NCBI GenBank assembly: GCA_022071945.1
Contig: JAJVIN010000019.1
Coordinates: 15,637-79,636, forward strand
Length of the DNA: 64,000 nt
From: Thermoanaerobaculia bacterium
Lineage (GTDB): Bacteria; Acidobacteriota; Thermoanaerobaculia; UBA5066
Direction of reading: 5' to 3'
The notes beneath the pieces were generated by a model. The model worked only from the letters and a program-made list of their open reading frames with translations. It was not told the DNA's origin and did not search any database. Shown one piece after another: positions 26,974 to 36,957 of the stretch (position 1 is its first letter; the number at the start of each line of letters is the position of its first letter). Made by a program: the position numbers and the translations under genes.

Positions 26974-28521
26974 TCAGAGCTCGAGGCCGGAGTCCGCCTC
27001 GGAAAGGGCTCCGTAGAGCACGACCGAGCCGGGACCCGACCGGATCGCCTCGTCGAGCGCCTCCTCGGCCCGCAGGGCGAGACTCTGAACGTCGAAGGCG
27101 TCCTCGGGATACGACGCGATTCCGAACGTCACGTTGAGTTTCACGCCAAGCTCCGAGAGCTTCGGGTCCTGCGACGAGGAGAAGTTCCGCTGGATGGTCT
27201 CGGCCGCCCTCTGGCACTGCGACTTGTTGGCGTCGAAGACCAAGACGAAGAAGCGGTCCTCGCGGTCCCGGCCGATCACGTTGACGGTCCGGGTCGCGCG
27301 CGCCAGGAGATTGGCGGCCTTGGGAAGCAACGCGTCGCCGACCACGGCTCCGAATTTCTTGATGGCCTCCGACACGCCCTCGATCCTCACGTTGGCGAGG
27401 CTCACCGGCTGGCTGCTTCTCTCGGCGCGGCGGATCTCGATCTCGAGCCTCTTCAGGATGGCGTCGCGCTTGTAGAAGCCCGTCACGGCGTCTCGCTCGG
27501 AGTGCTCCTCGAGAAACTCGATCGTCTTCAGGCTCCTGAGGGCCTGCGCGGCCGCGTCGGAGAGGAGACCCGCCGGCAAGACGAGCCCGTCGAGCGGCAC
27601 GGGCGCCCCCTGGCGCAGTCCGGGAGTGACGACGCCCTGCGCCTCGCCGCCTGCCTGGAGGGGCACCGCGAAACCGGCCACGAAATCGCCGCTCCCGAAG
27701 ACGACGGCGGCGGTCGCCGGATCGATCGGCTGGATCGTCTTCTCGTTGAAGGCGCGGACGACTGGATGAGCCGCATCTTCCGTGGACAGCGCCTTGAGCG
27801 GGGAGTCGGCCGCGCCAAAGCCGGAGGGAGCCGCGGCCGTCAGGAACTTCGTCTCCGGGTCGACCGTCCAGACGAGACACGCGCTGGCGCCCAGGAAGTT
27901 CACGCACAGGTCGCTCGTGTTCTGCTGCACCCGGGACGAGTCGGCGTAGGCGAACAGAACCTGGAACGCCTCGCGGAGCCTCGAGAAGAACAGGAGGTGC
28001 TGCTTCTCCCTCTCGTACAGCCGGGCGGTGCTGAGCGCGCGGGCGATCTCGGAGGCGATCGGCTCGAGGGCCGACAGGATCGAGTCCGCGGGCTTGGACG
28101 TTCCCCCGATGACGGCCGCGAAGACGCCCTCAGCGGTGTTGGCTCCCGGAATCGGCACGGCGATCAGGCTTATGGGGCTCGGAAGATGGCGAACGACCTC
28201 CGCCGCCGGGACGAACGCCAGTCCCTGAGGGTCGCGCGCCAGGTCGTCCACGATCAGCTGGGCCCCTTCCGCGAAAAGCTGCTCCATGAGCGGTTCCGGA
28301 ATTGGGTCGGAAACCGAAGCCTGCGGGAGCCCGGGCCGGACCCACACCGCGGAGGCCGGCGGAAAACTCCCGAGCGATCGCAGCCGGATGGCGCAGACAT
28401 CGGCGCCGAAACGCGCTCCGAGCTCTTCCACTGTCCGGAGCAGGACCGACGGGGTGTCGACCAGGCCGCCAAGGGCCCGGTGAAGCTGGGCGGTCAGGGA
28501 CGGAACTCCGTTCATCGGCAT
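26974..28521 (-). CDS. GAF-domain / GGDEF-domain protein with degenerate GGDEF motif
   Basis: C-terminal GGDEF-fold region (KRDAILKRLEIEIRRAERSSQPVSLANVRIEG...VIGRDREDRFFVLV...ASYPEDA) where the GG[DE]EF signature is replaced by REDRF. The N-terminal ~300 aa are GAF-like. Start at internal MPMNG (28521). Confidence 0.7.
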   Translation of the reverse strand: MPMNGVPSLTAQLHRALGGLVDTPSVLLRTVEELGARFGADVCAIRLRSLGSFPPASAVWVRPGLPQASVSDPIPEPLMEQLFAEGAQLIVDDLARDPQGLAFVPAAEVVRHLPSPISLIAVPIPGANTAEGVFAAVIGGTSKPADSILSALEPIASEIARALSTARLYEREKQHLLFFSRLREAFQVLFAYADSSRVQQNTSDLCVNFLGASACLVWTVDPETKFLTAAAPSGFGAADSPLKALSTEDAAHPVVRAFNEKTIQPIDPATAAVVFGSGDFVAGFAVPLQAGGEAQGVVTPGLRQGAPVPLDGLVLPAGLLSDAAAQALRSLKTIEFLEEHSERDAVTGFYKRDAILKRLEIEIRRAERSSQPVSLANVRIEGVSEAIKKFGAVVGDALLPKAANLLARATRTVNVIGRDREDRFFVLVFDANKSQCQRAAETIQRNFSSSQDPKLSELGVKLNVTFGIASYPEDAFDVQSLALRAEEALDEAIRSGPGSVVLYGALSEADSGLEL

Positions 28522-28547
28522 GACGTCGGACTCCTCCGAACGCAAGA

Positions 28548-29111
28548 TTAGACCAGATCTCCCACCTTCGACGGGTCGACGACTGGCGAGGGCGCCCCCG
28601 CCACCCGGCGAGACCTCTCGGCCCAGAGGCTCTGCGCCACCATCAGCAACATGCCGGCATCCCTCAGGAGCAGGGCCTTCATGTCGAAGAAGCGCTCCTC
28701 GACGCTCTTTCCCGCGTCTTTCGGGTCGAAACAGCCGCACTCGATCGGGTTGTCCCAGAAGAGGTTCAGGGCGATCGCCCCCATGAAGACGCACAGCAGG
28801 ACGCCGATCCACACCGAGGCCGTGCGGCGGAAGATCCCGAGAACCAAGGCCAGGCCGGCCAGGAGCTCGAACCACGGCAGCACGAGGGCCGAGAGGTTCA
28901 CGAGCGAGCCGGGCAGGATCCTGTAGTTGAGGACCATGTGCGCGAAGGACGGGGGGTCCACGATCTTTGGCAGCGCCGCGATGATGAAGATCAGGCCGAG
29001 CCCGATCTGCACCCGAACCGTCAGCCAGGGATGGGTCAGAAACGAAGCGAGGCGGGTCACGGCGTCAATCCCCGCGCGGTCTTTCCCCCGCGCTTCACCC
29101 AGTCCGGCCAT
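28548..29111 (-). CDS. MauE/DoxX-family membrane protein
   Basis: Four TM helices and the CGCF motif (IECGCFDPKD) characteristic of MauE/DoxX-like proteins. Confidence 0.6.
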   Translation of the reverse strand: MAGLGEARGKDRAGIDAVTRLASFLTHPWLTVRVQIGLGLIFIIAALPKIVDPPSFAHMVLNYRILPGSLVNLSALVLPWFELLAGLALVLGIFRRTASVWIGVLLCVFMGAIALNLFWDNPIECGCFDPKDAGKSVEERFFDMKALLLRDAGMLLMVAQSLWAERSRRVAGAPSPVVDPSKVGDLV

Positions 29112-29818
29112 CCGTCCTTGTAGATGACGAGGTTCGTGAATCCCGCGCCAAAGAGCTTCTCCGAGAGCATGTGCGAGTCCTCGCACTCGCCGCCGGAGCA
29201 GTAGATGACGACAGGCAGGTCTTGCCTGCGGCCTTCGTTGACGAGATCAAGGATCCTCTCGGCCACGTCCGACTCCCAGACGGAAACGCTCCTGGCGCCC
29301 GCGATGTGGCCTTCCTGATAGACCTTCGTCCGGCGTGCGTCGATGAAGAGCGCGCCCGACTGGAAGAGGGTCGTGACGTCCTCGGGTGTGGCCTCGCGAT
29401 AGGGCTTGCCGGCCGGAGGCGGGAAGCGCGCCAGGAGTTCGTCCTCGCTCAGCCGGTTCTCGATGATCTTCACCTTGGCGGCCGGGTCCGGGGCCGGGGC
29501 CGCGGAGGATGCGGGGACAGACGTCCCCTTCTCGATGGGGGGGAACGTCGGGGAGGCCGGAGCGGCCGTCACGGGAGCCGCCGCGGCCGGGGAGGCTGCT
29601 GGCGCTTCCGCGACGACGGGAGAGAGCGGCGGCGGGGCGGCGGACCTCTCGGGGACCTTCTGGGCATTCGGATAGTCGGTGACGAGAGCGAGCTTGCGCT
29701 CACGCGAGGCCATCAGGTTCGCCACGAGAGCACACAGAACGGCACTGACGACGAGGGCGGCCGTCTCGAGAAAAAAGCGCCGCCAATTTGTCGATTCCAT
29801 CGTTTCCATCGTTTCCTT
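29057..29818 (-). CDS. Membrane-anchored rhodanese-domain protein (Pro/Ala-rich linker)
   Basis: N-terminal TM helix; C-terminal rhodanese fold with active-site loop VIYCSGGECEDSHMLSEKL and GFTNLVIYKDGWPDW. Only the 3' third of the 789-aa track ORF is real. Confidence 0.65.
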   Translation of the reverse strand, partial: KETMETMESTNWRRFFLETAALVVSAVLCALVANLMASRERKLALVTDYPNAQKVPERSAAPPPLSPVVAEAPAASPAAAAPVTAAPASPTFPPIEKGTSVPASSAAPAPDPAAKVKIIENRLSEDELLARFPPPAGKPYREATPEDVTTLFQSGALFIDARRTKVYQEGHIAGARSVSVWESDVAERILDLVNEGRRQDLPVVIYCSGGECEDSHMLSEKLFGAGFTNLVIYKDGWPDWVKRGGKTARGLTP

Positions 29819-29950
29819 CTCCGTTATCGAGCCAGGGAAGAGAGATGCAAGGCTACAGCCTAAAAGTCGACGCCGGATCGGCATCCAGGGGCTCTTTCCG
29901 AGACTAAAATGCCGCGACGAAGCGGTCTCTTGAAGAGGGGGAGAAGCAAG

Positions 29951-31242
<1,292 letters not shown>

Positions 31243-31246
<4 letters not shown>

Positions 31247-31725
31247 GAACCCGGACCCGCCGCGCCCGGTTCCGGCCTCGAAGGGGCCGGGGCCGGGCCG
31301 TTCACACAGCCGGAACAGAGTCCGCGGAGCGTGACCGAGACGTCCTCGACGATCGAGCCGTCTTCGAGGTGCATTCCCTCGCTCGCTGGCAGGGAATCGT
31401 GAGGAATGTCCGAGACGGATCCACACGAGCGGCAGACGAAGTGGTGGTGCCGTTCCCTGTTCGCGTCGAACCGCGCCACGAGGCCGTCGACCGTGAGCTC
31501 CCGGATCAGCCCCGTCTTCTGGAGCGAGTTCAGGACGTTGTAGACCGAGGCTCGCGAGATCCGCAGATGACGTTCTTCGAGGGCCATCCCGATCTCCTCG
31601 GCCGTCGGGTGGTTCTTGACGCCGAGGAGGTACTCGAGCACGACCTCGCGCGGCCGGGTGACCCTGAGCCGGTGAGCCTTGAGGGTCTTGCGGACGCCCT
31701 CACGAGCAGGAAGCGTGTCGTGCAC
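31243..31725 (-). CDS. fur: Fur-family transcriptional regulator
   Basis: Winged-helix N-terminus (RPREVVLEYL...HPTAEEI) plus the metal site HHHFVCRSCG...CSGC. Confidence 0.8.
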
Positions 31726-31798
31726 TGAGATTTAGATTAAGTTCAAAAGAGAGCGTGAGTCAAGAAAAGCCGTGAAGGGTGGCCTTCACGGCTCTTCG

Positions 31799-32503
31799 TT
31801 ACTGGGTCGCCAGGGCCGCGTCCGTGATGAAGCCTCGGACGAACCGGTTCCAGCGCGGTCCCTTCACGAACTCCGGATTCCAGCTCCACATCACGCCCAC
31901 GGCCCGGCCCAACAGGTCCCGGATGGGACGCGTCCCGAAGAAGCGGCCGTCCCGGCTCTCGTCCCGGTTGTCTCCCATGAGAAAGACCTCGTCCTCGGGA
32001 ACGACGATGGGACCGAAGGTCCGCAGGGCCGGACGGTCGGGGAGGATCCGGACAGGGTGGGACCGGGTGTCGAGCTTCTCGGTGCCCATGATCACGACCT
32101 CGCCGTCTTCCGTCCGCTGCTCGGGCAGGAACTCGACGGGGACGGGCTGGTCGTTGACGGAGAGGATCTCGTTCTTCAGCTCGATCTTGTCGCCGGGCAG
32201 GCCGATCAGCCGCTTCACGAACGGCACGGAGCCGCCGTCCGGGTTGCGGACGACGACGACGTCTCCCCGGGACGGGGCGCCGGTTGTGAAGAGCCGGATC
32301 CGGGTGAACGGAACGCGAATCTGGTAGGCCGACTTCCAGACGAAGACGCGGTCCCCCTCGAGGATCGTGGGTTTCATCGAGCCGGTCGGCACGACGTACC
32401 AGTCCGCAAGGACGGAGCGACCGGTCAGGATGATGGCGGCCATCAGGACCAACTGGCGAATGTCTTTCAGGATGACGGCTTTTTTCTCTGCTGAAAGGGG
32501 CAT
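31799..32503 (-). CDS. lepB: Signal peptidase I
   Basis: Catalytic Ser box GSMKPTILEGD, Lys box VKRLIGLPGD, and GDNRDESRDGRF. Confidence 0.85.
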   Translation of the reverse strand: MPLSAEKKAVILKDIRQLVLMAAIILTGRSVLADWYVVPTGSMKPTILEGDRVFVWKSAYQIRVPFTRIRLFTTGAPSRGDVVVVRNPDGGSVPFVKRLIGLPGDKIELKNEILSVNDQPVPVEFLPEQRTEDGEVVIMGTEKLDTRSHPVRILPDRPALRTFGPIVVPEDEVFLMGDNRDESRDGRFFGTRPIRDLLGRAVGVMWSWNPEFVKGPRWNRFVRGFITDAALATQ

Positions 32504-32574
32504 GGTGCTCCTGGATCTCGTGTTCGGGACCCGGCCGGATCCCTCGAGGAAAAGACGCGGTATCTTCTCGCGTC

Positions 32575-32973
32575 ATGACTGGTTATACAGATGATCACGC
32601 CCGAGCGGGAACGGACGCGGCGCTGCCGGCGCTCGAAACCTGGCCCTCGCAGTATGCCGAGGACTACGAGATTGTCATCTCCATTCCGGAGTTCACGTCG
32701 ATCTGTCCCAAGACGGGGCTTCCGGACTTCGCGACGCTGACGATCACCTACGTGCCTCACCGCCACTGCGTCGAACTCAAGTCGTTGAAGGAGTACCTCC
32801 TCGCCTACCGGAACCTGGGCATCTTCAACGAGAACGTCGTCAACCGGGTCCTTCGCGACCTCGTGCGGGCGGTCGAGCCCCGCCGCATGGCCGTGAAGGG
32901 GGTTTTCACCGCCCGGGGCGGGATCCAGACGACAGTTGGAGCCGAATACCCATTCGCGCACGGAAACCCTTGA
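32575..32973 (+). CDS. queF: NADPH-dependent 7-cyano-7-deazaguanine reductase
   Basis: EFTSICPKTGLPDFATLTITYVP...CVELKSLKEYLLAYRNLGIFNE is the QueF signature, including the catalytic Cys. Confidence 0.85.
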   Translation: MTGYTDDHARAGTDAALPALETWPSQYAEDYEIVISIPEFTSICPKTGLPDFATLTITYVPHRHCVELKSLKEYLLAYRNLGIFNENVVNRVLRDLVRAVEPRRMAVKGVFTARGGIQTTVGAEYPFAHGNP

Positions 32974-33292
32974 CACCGAGCGGCCCGAGGAGCAAATTTG
33001 TTCCAGCCTGAGGATCATCGAAGGGTGAGGGAAAACAAGAGCGGCCCTTCGAGGCCGCGAGTTCGAAGGCGACACCCTTCGTCCCTCGGTCCCCGCGGTG
33101 GTTCTTAGGCGTTTCAGGGGGTTACCCCGGAAAGGGGTGATAGGGCTTAGAAACACAACTTCAGGAGAGCCAATTCCCAGGGTTAAAGAGGGACAGCAGA
33201 CGCCGTCCCGGAAAGGGCTCAGGGAATAGACCCGACACCCGGGCACCCGAGCCCACCCCATGATCCCGGCCAGCCTTGACGGCGGCCGGGAT

Positions 33293-34309
33293 TCATTCAT
33301 TCTGGGCCTTTGGCCGCGCGGCATTGCCCGGCGTCAGCCGGCCGTCGGGTCCCATCCGCTCGTAGAGCGAAATCGCGTTGCGAGAATCCATGGCCGTCGG
33401 GCAGTAGCCCTGCAGAGGATCCAGCCGGATGATGGACGCGACCTTGGCCGCCGGCGTGTTTTCTTGCTTGTTCTCGAACAGGAGCTTCAAGAGCCTTCGG
33501 AGGTAGCCCCGCGTGACATCGATCTCGGCCGCGGGGTCCGAGCTCCCGCCGCTCGAGCCGACGATTCCCTTCACGTTCTTCTTCTCGAGGATGTCGAGGG
33601 CCGCGAGTACTCCGACGAGATCGGCCGAGGGGTCGGTCAGGTCTGGACAGCTGCCCGGAGTCAGGAGGTCCCCGGTGACGGCCAGGCTGATGTCGGGCAG
33701 CAACGCGAAGATGTCGTGATTGGAGTGAGCGGGGCTCGAAAGGGCCGTCAGCTCGAGGGACCGCTTCTTGCCCTTGATCTCCATGGTTCCGCTCACGGCG
33801 ATGGTGGGCGGGACCTCACGCGCCATCATGACGACGGCGTTCTTGAAGGCCTCGCTGACCCGGGAGTGAACGTAGACGGTGGTCTCGGGCGAGAGGAAGT
33901 CGAGGAGCCCCTCCGCGGAGTTCACGTGACCGTGAAGGTGCGTCAGGACGAGCCACTTGATCGGCTTGTCCTTGGCGGTCAGGGACACGAAGCTCTTGAG
34001 GGCCTTGGCGTCCTTGGCGGAGCCCCCGGTGTCGATGAGGACGATCCCGTCACCGAGATCCGCCCAGACGGCGGTCATTCCCGTGAACTGGGTGAGCCAG
34101 ACGCCGGGAGCGGCTTCCAGGACCGCCGGACCGGCGGGAGCCGCCTCTGCCGGCTTGGAGAGCGGAGTGGGAGTCGCGGCCGCGGGCGTTTCCGAAGGCG
34201 GCGGAGCCTTGGCGAGGTTCGGGGTGCTCGCGATCGGAGCGGCCCAGAGCGACGGGCCGAGGGACAAGAGAGAGGCGGCCACGAGGGCGCGGAGCGAGGT
34301 CGTCTTCAT
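33293..34309 (-). CDS. Secreted MBL-fold metallo-hydrolase
   Basis: Signal peptide MKTTSLRALVAASLLSLGPSLWAAP; metal-binding LTHLHGHV plus downstream His/Asp residues. Confidence 0.7.
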   Translation of the reverse strand: MKTTSLRALVAASLLSLGPSLWAAPIASTPNLAKAPPPSETPAAATPTPLSKPAEAAPAGPAVLEAAPGVWLTQFTGMTAVWADLGDGIVLIDTGGSAKDAKALKSFVSLTAKDKPIKWLVLTHLHGHVNSAEGLLDFLSPETTVYVHSRVSEAFKNAVVMMAREVPPTIAVSGTMEIKGKKRSLELTALSSPAHSNHDIFALLPDISLAVTGDLLTPGSCPDLTDPSADLVGVLAALDILEKKNVKGIVGSSGGSSDPAAEIDVTRGYLRRLLKLLFENKQENTPAAKVASIIRLDPLQGYCPTAMDSRNAISLYERMGPDGRLTPGNAARPKAQNE

Positions 34310-35847
34310 TGAATCGGAGGTTCCTTGACGATGGGTCGGGCCGGCACGGGGAGATTCCGCAGAAGCTCCCCGGTACGGAACCAGGCCAGCTGGGTTTCCT
34401 TCTCTCGTTGCAGGGCCTCTTCGAGAGCGGCCAGGTTCCGTGACGAAAGAAGCGCCTTGAAGGTGCTCACGAGGGGAGGCGGACGGACCGCGTATGTCGA
34501 GGCTCGCGAGAGCGCGAAGGCCCGGGCGGAGCCCTCCTCGACCCAGTAGTCGATGAGCCGGAGCTCCCGCGCGCGCGCAAGCGGAATCGTCTCGCCCGAG
34601 AAGAAGAGGTCGGAGGCGGCTCCCGTCCCGGCCCGGGAGGAAAAGAGGTACGTGGCTCCGCTCCCGAGATCCGGAATGGACGGGTGAAGGGACGCCGAAA
34701 AAGACACGAGGTCGCGCCCTCTTGACGCCACGACTCTCACATCGCTCACCAGCGCAAAACTCAGGCCGAACCCGGACACGGGTCCCTCGAGTGCCGAGAG
34801 GACCGGCCTCTTGCCCCGGGCCACCGCGAGGATGGCTCGCGCCTCCTCGTCGAGGAACTTCGCATAGGAGGCCTCGTCGCCAGACCGGGCGAGCGCGCCG
34901 ACGTACCTCGGATCCGCCCCGCGGCAAAAGGACCTGCCAGCGGCCGTCACGACGAGCGCCGGCACGGTCGCGTCCGACAGCAGAGCCTCCAGGGAATCCG
35001 CCAGAAGGCCAGCCATCCCGCCCGCGAGCATGTTGTCCTGGTCGCCCCGGTTGAGCCTCAGGACCGGGATCGCCCCCTCCAGGGAAACCTCGACGAGGGG
35101 TAAGGGAGCCCGGCCCCCCTGGCGGGAAAAGACCCGGCACGCCTCGATGAAGCCCGCGAAGAGCGCCCTGTGCGCGGGCCGGGCGACGAGGTCCTCCGGG
35201 TGCCACTGGACCGCCACGATGCGGCCCGATTCGTCCTCGAAGGCCTCGACGAGGTCGTCGGAAGAGGCCGCGACGGGCAGAAGACCCGCCGCCAGGTCCT
35301 TGACGGCCTGGTGGTGCCGCGAGTTGACCGCAAGCGCGGGTTCAGCGCGGCGGAGAGCCTCGAAGGCCGGGGTCTTCAAACTCGGGGCCGCGGTGAACCG
35401 GACCGGATGAGCCTCGTGGCGCGGAACGAAACCGTCCTCGCGAAAGCAGTCGTGTTTCACTCCCCTGTCCCGCTGGGCCGGGAGGTCTTGCCAGAGAGTG
35501 CCGCCCCGGGCGACGTTCACGACTTGCAGCCCCCGGCAGATGCCGAAGACGGGCGACCCGATCCGCCCGGCGATCTCGAGGACGTCGAAGTCCAGCCGGT
35601 CCCTCTCGGGGTGGATCTCGACGGAAGAGTTGAAGACGGTCTCCCGGTAGCGGGCCGGGTCGACATCGGCTCCCCCGGCCAGGAGGAGTCCGTCGAACTC
35701 CTCCGGGAGGGGATCCCCGGGCGTGAGGAGCTCCACTTCCTCGGGGAGCGCCCCGGCGCACAGGAGCGCATCCCGGTACTTCTCGTTCGGTTGATGGGAG
35801 TCGGTCGCGATGACGATCTTCATCTTTCGTGGGCCTCCCGGGCCCAC
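34306..35847 (-). CDS. Fusion protein: class I glutamine amidotransferase-like gamma-glutamyl hydrolase (PuuD/C26 family) N-terminal, enoyl-CoA hydratase/isomerase (crotonase) C-terminal
   Basis: N-terminus: GICRGLQVVN (nucleophile Cys), NSRHHQAV, VQWHPE. C-terminus: crotonase-like ALVVTAAGRSFCRGAD...GFGLSFALVSDVRVV. Confidence 0.65.
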   Translation of the reverse strand: MGPGGPRKMKIVIATDSHQPNEKYRDALLCAGALPEEVELLTPGDPLPEEFDGLLLAGGADVDPARYRETVFNSSVEIHPERDRLDFDVLEIAGRIGSPVFGICRGLQVVNVARGGTLWQDLPAQRDRGVKHDCFREDGFVPRHEAHPVRFTAAPSLKTPAFEALRRAEPALAVNSRHHQAVKDLAAGLLPVAASSDDLVEAFEDESGRIVAVQWHPEDLVARPAHRALFAGFIEACRVFSRQGGRAPLPLVEVSLEGAIPVLRLNRGDQDNMLAGGMAGLLADSLEALLSDATVPALVVTAAGRSFCRGADPRYVGALARSGDEASYAKFLDEEARAILAVARGKRPVLSALEGPVSGFGLSFALVSDVRVVASRGRDLVSFSASLHPSIPDLGSGATYLFSSRAGTGAASDLFFSGETIPLARARELRLIDYWVEEGSARAFALSRASTYAVRPPPLVSTFKALLSSRNLAALEEALQREKETQLAWFRTGELLRNLPVPARPIVKEPPIQ

Positions 35848-35891
35848 TGGCCCGCTCGGGACGGCGGGATTCTATGCCGCCGGGAACGGCC

Positions 35892-36836
35892 TCACTTCTC
35901 CCAGAACCGTGTGAACCGGTACCACTGGGCCGGGTGCGCCCGGATGACGTCCTCGAGGACTCGAGCGAACGCTCTCATTCCCGAGTCGAGCACGGAGTCG
36001 AGTTCGCTTCGACGCGCGCCCGTCGCGAGCCGGATCGGCTCCTTCACGACCGTCTGGTACCGGCCGTCGCCCGTCATCAGGACGAAGACCGGCAGGAGGG
36101 GCGCCATGCCCGCGGCCGCGAGACGGAAAGGCCCGACCGGAAACGACACCATCTTGCCAAAAAAGGGAACCGGACGGCCCGTTCCCGAGATGTCCCGGTC
36201 GCCCTGGATGGCGACGAACTCGTTGGCTTCCAGGGCGCGCAGGATGGCGACGAACGAGAGCGGTGACGTCGTGATCGGGATCCCCTTGACCCCCATCGCC
36301 TGCCGGGCCTCGGTCCGGTACTTCTCGACCACCGGGGAAGGGTCGGGGGCGTAGACGACGTTCGCCTCCAGACCCAGATCCCTCAAGAAGAGCCCGCCGA
36401 GCTCGAAGTTTCCAGCGTGCGCCGTCAGGAGAATGGCGCCCCGGCCCTCCCGGTAAGCGTTCCTGAGATGCTCGGTGCCGATCTGCTCGGCCACGAGTTC
36501 GGTGCAGTCGACGCCGGGCCTGGCGGAGTTCCTGAGGAAATCGATCCACGAGCGGGAGTGGTTCGCCAGCATCTCTCTGGCAGCCTCCTCGACCGAGAAG
36601 TCGGATGCCGGCCGCCCCAGGACGCAGGCGACATTGTCGAGGATGGCTTCCCGAAGGGACTCCCTTCGCCACATCAGCTTCTCCACGGTCGCCGTCGAGA
36701 GGCGGCACAGCCACTCGGGCGGGACGTGCCGGACCACGTGACGAAAGAACGGGAACCACAGGCCGAAGGTCTTCTGGGTCAGCCTGGAGACGGGAGAAGG
36801 GGGAGGCGGGGCTTTCAGACAGGTTGCGGAGCTCAT
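35892..36836 (-). CDS. LpxL/HtrB-family lysophospholipid (lipid A) acyltransferase
   Basis: HAGNFELGG (HxxxxE/D box) and a PAQWYRF C-terminal signature. Confidence 0.7.
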   Translation of the reverse strand: MSSATCLKAPPPPSPVSRLTQKTFGLWFPFFRHVVRHVPPEWLCRLSTATVEKLMWRRESLREAILDNVACVLGRPASDFSVEEAAREMLANHSRSWIDFLRNSARPGVDCTELVAEQIGTEHLRNAYREGRGAILLTAHAGNFELGGLFLRDLGLEANVVYAPDPSPVVEKYRTEARQAMGVKGIPITTSPLSFVAILRALEANEFVAIQGDRDISGTGRPVPFFGKMVSFPVGPFRLAAAGMAPLLPVFVLMTGDGRYQTVVKEPIRLATGARRSELDSVLDSGMRAFARVLEDVIRAHPAQWYRFTRFWEK

Positions 36837-36957
36837 GAGGCGCCCGGCCGCGAGCCGTGAAGGCGCGAGGCGACCGGCTAGTATCCCTCGGGCGAAGCGC
36901 CAGAGAAAGTCCGCCTTGCGTTTCCCGCCCTTCGGTTATCTTTGGGGGGAAAACCCG

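Noticed and set aside
32504-32574. Possible preQ1 riboswitch upstream of queF
   Set aside because: Only about 70 nt of leader and no match to preQ1-I/II consensus elements could be recognised by eye.
31743-32576. ORFs 31743-32576 (-) and 31772-32494 (+) overlapping lepB
   Set aside because: Alternative frames of the signal peptidase I gene (31799-32503, -), which carries the Ser/Lys catalytic boxes.
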